Source of the DNA: Octopus sinensis
Taxonomy: Eukaryota
Assembly (NCBI RefSeq): GCF_006345805.1
Contig: NW_021836484.1
Location: 1 to 23,923 of the forward strand
DNA: 23,923 bases
Reading direction: 5' to 3'
Below are positions 19,672 through 23,923 of the stretch, in pieces (position 1 is the stretch's first letter; each line of letters begins with the position of its first letter). The position numbers and the translations under genes were made by a program. A model generated the notes under the pieces. The model searched no databases and was not told the DNA's origin. It saw only the letters and a program-made list of their open reading frames with translations.

Positions 19672-20290
19672 CGTGAAATAAATGGCCTAGTTTCAACAGT
19701 GCAGAATAAAATTTGGAGACTAAAAAGTGTGGTATGCTTACAATACAAAGAGGCAAAGTAGTCTCGTTTGATGCTGTAAACCGCCCCAACGGCGAGAAAA
19801 TCAAGGATATTGAGACTAATGGATATAAATATCTGGGGATTTTAGAATACGACAAAATCAAAGAAAGTGAAATGAAGGAAAGCTTTAGGCGAGAATATCT
19901 CAGAAGAACCAGGTTAATTATGGGAAATAGACTCAATGGAAAAGAATAAAATCAAGGCAATGAACACATAGGTTGTTTGCTTAATGCGTTTAGACGCAGG
20001 TGTTGTTAGGTAGACAGAGAACGAGCTCGAGGAAATGGACAGGAAAACTAGCAAGGTGATGACAATTAACAAGCAACTACTCCCCAAAAGCGATACTGGC
20101 AGACTGTATGTCCCTAGAAACAGGGGAACAAGAGTTATCATAGGATGCAACATATGTGTTGTCAACGAGAGGAACAGTCTGAGATGGTGCGTCAAACAGG
20201 AGAGTGAATCCTTGCTCGCCGCTGTTAGAATTAACAATACAACACCTACCGATAATGTGATGCCCCCTAGGCCGAAGAAAGTGGGGAGTT
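19672..20290 (+). pseudogene. R4/Dong-like RT fragment (RT C-terminal/thumb region)
   Basis: EINGLVSTVQ...KKCGMLTIQRGKVV...GYKYLGILEYDKIKESEMKESFRREYLRRTRLIM..RLNGKNKIKAMNT...ELEEMDRKTSKVMT...SDTGRLYVPR. This is the KC...RGK / YKYLG / EY.RR / DRKT / RLY.PR pattern of R4-clade elements. Confidence 0.78.
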
Positions 20291-20329
20291 GCTGTTTTAC
20301 TCCATGATTCTTTCAGCGCAGATGTCAAG

Positions 20330-21700
20330 GACATTTTCTCCAACGACTACTTGCGAATCAGTAAAGACCTGTCTGTGATTGGGCTCTACATACCGCCCCC
20401 CCCATCCCTAAGCACCCTTGCACTAATTCTAAGAGTGCCTCGAGAAGATCAAATCTTTCCTTCTGCAATGTAACCCAGGAGATATTCTGATGATGGTCGA
20501 CTTCAACCTTCCCTCTGTAGACTGGTCCACTAATATTGTTAGATGAAGAACCTTAACCTCAAGCTCAGACAAAGCAGCTGTGAAGTTACTTTTTGAATTT
20601 ACGGGTAATGTTTTCCTGTCACAACTCGTCCATGAGCCAATCAGAAACAACCAAAGTGTCTTGGACCTAGTGCTAAGCAACCATGCTAACACTATTCATA
20701 ACATAACAGTGAAAAGAATCCTCCTGTCCGATCATGACATAGTACTCTGTTACCTCACTCTCCAGCATCCAAAAATTTGGCATAAATCACAAACTCCAGT
20801 GTACCTTTTTTGATAATATGAATTTACACAAGTCAAACTGGAGTGCGATTACTCAAAACTTATCGCAAGTGGACTGGTCCTTCACTCTCGCTTTCTCCAA
20901 TACCACAACAAACACAAACGCATGGCAAGTATATGAGGACACAGTTATCCACATATTCTCAAAACACCCACCTCATGACTCATAAATAAGAGTAGATGCA
21001 GGATTCCAAAACAGAGAAAAGCGCTCACCAGAATAAAAAGAATAAACCGAAAAATCAATACTCTAAAATACCGTAAATCCTTGAGTATAGTCTGCCCTTG
21101 AGTATAATACGCAGAAGATTTTTAGGGGGCTGTACCTCTGAAAAACCTAAACCTTGTGTATAATACGCACCCCTTCTCTAACTTGAGTCAAGGAGGTCTA
21201 TATAACGTCCTTGGTTTGTAAAAATGTATACAGTAACGTCATTTATTATTAATGCAAACGTGTACTTTTTGTGCATTTCTTTGCAGAAGATAATGAAATA
21301 ACAGTAATAACAGTAATAACGTTCAATAAATGTTGCTTACTGCAAGTTATGGATGATTCTTTTATGACTTCCTTGCTTTCAGGCTTAGCTTAAGGTATTT
21401 TCGTGCCCGACATCACAAAATACGTCCGAATAAAATGTGCCGGACAGCAAATAGAGACTCGGACATTGCTTAGAAAATATTTTTCATTTTTAACCTCGTA
21501 TATAGTACGCAGTAGGGATTTTGACCGTTAAATTTTGGGAAAAATTTGCGGATTATACTCGAGGATTTACGGTACCACCATCAATATCATCCCCAACCGA
21601 GAAGATTAATAAACTTGGAATCAAAGAAGCAACAACTGCAGGACTGTATGAGAACCCTCATAAATGACCAAAGAGCTGAAGAGGAAGCCTACGATCAACC
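20330..21700 (+). pseudogene. CR1-group LINE remnant (AP endonuclease and linker), split by a MITE
   Basis: VIGLYIPP, MVDFNLPSVDW, QLVHEPIRNNQSVLDLVLSN and LSDHDIV are EN motifs. RINRKINTLKY|HHQYHPQPRRLINLE... reads through once 21071-21574 is removed. Confidence 0.7.
21071..21572. mobile_element. Tc1/mariner-superfamily MITE (Tc2/pogo-like TIRs), 502 bp, TA TSD
   Basis: TA|CCGTAAATCCTTGAGTATAG at 21069-21090 and TTATACTCGAGGATTTACGG|TA at 21553-21574. Confidence 0.88.
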
Positions 21701-22109
21701 AATTACTTTATCTCGTAAATTAAAAATCTGATGTTATTTGGAATTAAAGTTGGGAAATTTGGGTAATTTTAGCCAGTCAACAGACAGTGTGGCATTAGCA
21801 GTTTGTTACCATGACAACCGCACCCTGTGTTGTGTTTCACTTCACCCGTGTCTGTGCAGCACGTTGTTCTGTGCTGATTCTTCATATCGCGAGATTCTTT
21901 TCACCCCGTGTTTTGTTTTAATTTTTCTGTGTGTTAGTATATTACATATTTTTCTTTGCTTCTGTGGATTAGTATTTTTACGTACTTTTCATTTCACATA
22001 TTTTGGGGACAATTTCTTTATTGACCAGTGTTATTCTTATTGTAGTTTATAAATCCAAGCACGACAATTTCACTCAACTTTGGAGTTTTGGCGACAGACG
22101 CCGCCTTTT

Positions 22110-22120
22110 CACACACACGC

Positions 22121-22157
<37 letters not shown>

Positions 22158-22232
22158 ACACACACACACGTACGCACGTACGCACGTACGCACACACACA
22201 CATACACACACACGCGCGTACGCACGCACTTA
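22110..22232. repeat. (CA)n / (CGTA,CGCA)n microsatellite
   Basis: Direct reading. Confidence 0.95.
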
Positions 22233-23014
22233 TATATTAATGAAGTACACAAATACATAACAGTGTACATAATACTGAAATACGCATAAAGTTAACACAT
22301 GCAGACAAATATATTAATATAACAAATTAAAAAAATAATAAAAACATACAACCAATGAAGATATAAAAGAAATAGTAAGATGATACATGTTGATTTTATT
22401 AGGTTAGGTATTCTGTTTATTTAAAAACCTACAGGTCATTTCACAGACGCTAACTATAAATTTCACAGGATACAACCTAAAGTTGACACCGCTCCGCTAA
22501 CCGCAAAAATTTGTCTCGCTATTGGCTAAAATACAGTTTTTAAAAAATTTTTAAATCTCTGTAACTTTTCCTCCAATCTTTTTTTTCTTTCACAGCATCA
22601 TACCATCAAAAGCAATAAGACTGAAAAACTACATTTTGTAGCCGATTTTCAGATTTATACATATGCATATTTTGTGAATCAGTTTAACTAGATCTCATTT
22701 CAGTGGGGAACTTAATTCATAGTATTTTCCCATTATGCACCAGTTTGGCTGAGTAACATTGCAAGCAAGATTCAATCTGACTTTTAATGCATTTTATATA
22801 TGTCCCGTTAATTATTGCTTTCATGTGAATCGTTTCCCGCCCTACTTCTTTTTTTTTTTTGGCAAAGCTCACAACTTCTGGGCTCGTTGCTCCTTAAAGG
22901 AATATTGTGCTAGAGGTTAACATCTTCATCTTCCCTTAAAGTACAAACATCACTAAGAAGATTCGTGCGATTTTGTCCTTAACTGTATTCTCTGGTTTAA
23001 CTCGACTCCGATAT

Positions 23015-23085
23015 TTGACTGGTACTCGACTGCGGGTGGTTGATAGGCACAGGTGACATTGACGGGATTTGAACTGAGAAAGGCC
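23015..23085 (-). mobile_element. Highly degraded SINE family 1 remnant
   Basis: GACTGGTACT...GATAGGCACAGGTGAC...GGGATTTGAACTGAGAA resembles AACTGGTACT...GAAAGGCAAAGTCGAC...GGAATTTGAACTCAGAA of the intact copies. Confidence 0.4.
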
Positions 23086-23392
23086 AATTCCCGGAACTAG
23101 ATGAACTAGATGATTAGTCACTTTTTTCATGAAAATTTCAGGTTTTATGTAACATTTTAAAAAATAGATTTTGACTTTTCGAATATGATCTTATTCAATT
23201 TTTGCTGTGCTCATTGCAAATGTCAAACTAACCCATAGCGGGCGTTATCACTTATGTTAAAGATCAACTTTCTATGCATCACAAGGACAGGCACATTCGA
23301 GTGGAGTTGTATTTAGTTCTGGCAATGAGAGAGTTAATTGTTAATCAGAAACATACGATTACCGCAATAACGCGTAATTGATGAGCGTAGTA

Positions 23393-23832
23393 ACTCTTTT
23401 ACTCTTTTACTTGTTTCAGTCATTTGACTGCGGCCATGCTGGAGCACCGCCTTTAATCGAGCAACTCGACCCCGGAACTTATTCTATTGTAAGCCCAGTA
23501 CTTATTCTAATCGTCTCTTTTAACCGAACCGCTAAGTGACGGGGACACAAACACACCACCATCGGTTGTCAAGCAATGCTAGGGGGACAAACACAGACAC
23601 ACAAACACATACACGCATACATATATATATAATATATATAATATATATTATATATATATATATATATACTATATAACGACGGGCTTCTTTCAGTTTCCGT
23701 CTACCAAATCCACTCACAAGGCTTTGGTCGACCCGAGGCTATAGTAGAAGACAATTGCCCAAGGTGCCACGCAGTGGACTGAACCTTGAACCATGTGGTT
23801 GGTAGACAGGCTACTTACCACACAGCCACTCC
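23393..23832 (-). mobile_element. tRNA-derived SINE family 2, full-length with expanded internal microsatellite
   Basis: Collinear with 14821-15214 from tail (ACTCTTTTACTCTTTTACTTGTTTCAGTC) to head (CACACAGCCACTCC). Contains internal (CA)n plus about 55 bp of (TA)n. Confidence 0.88.
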
Positions 23833-23923
23833 GAAATAACATTCAACAGCGAGCCAGTTTAGACTGTTGTTGGTGTTGTCATTTGACCCCGGTCAATCCT
23901 GATCGTGTAGACAGACCTATGAT

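Noticed and set aside
22570-22600. Strong-looking splice acceptor TTTTTTTTCTTTCACAG
   Set aside because: No convincing donor or open exon follows, and it lies in probable DNA-transposon debris.

Overview
AT-rich, repeat-saturated animal genomic DNA, most likely from an octopus or other cephalopod, judged from the SINE families. I find no intact host protein-coding gene; most ORFs in the track are microsatellite read-through or antisense shadows. From left to right the window holds: (1) the 5' ~3.1 kb of a decayed Gypsy-like LTR retrotransposon on the minus strand (LTR, gag, PR, RT, RH, start of IN, running off the left edge); (2) a 396-bp non-autonomous Helitron; (3) an RTE-type endonuclease remnant; (4) two tRNA-derived SINE families in several copies; (5) a near full-length but disrupted RTE LINE, plus a 99.5%-identical 5'-truncated twin with a 12-bp TSD; (6) a degenerate DNA-transposase remnant split by a SINE; (7) an 855-bp foldback element with an 8-bp TSD and telomere-like tracts; (8) two R4/Dong-like non-LTR fragments in (AAT)n arrays; (9) a CR1-like endonuclease remnant split by a Tc2/pogo-like MITE; and (10) many microsatellites. 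The most striking observation is at the LTR element's primer-binding position. There is no TGG-type PBS there. Instead, 12 nt that are exactly complementary to the 5' end of animal tRNA-Phe(GAA) directly abut the inferred LTR, suggesting non-canonical priming by a 5' tRNA fragment. The same element keeps a textbook -1 frameshift cassette. All alignments and translations were done by eye, with no database searches.
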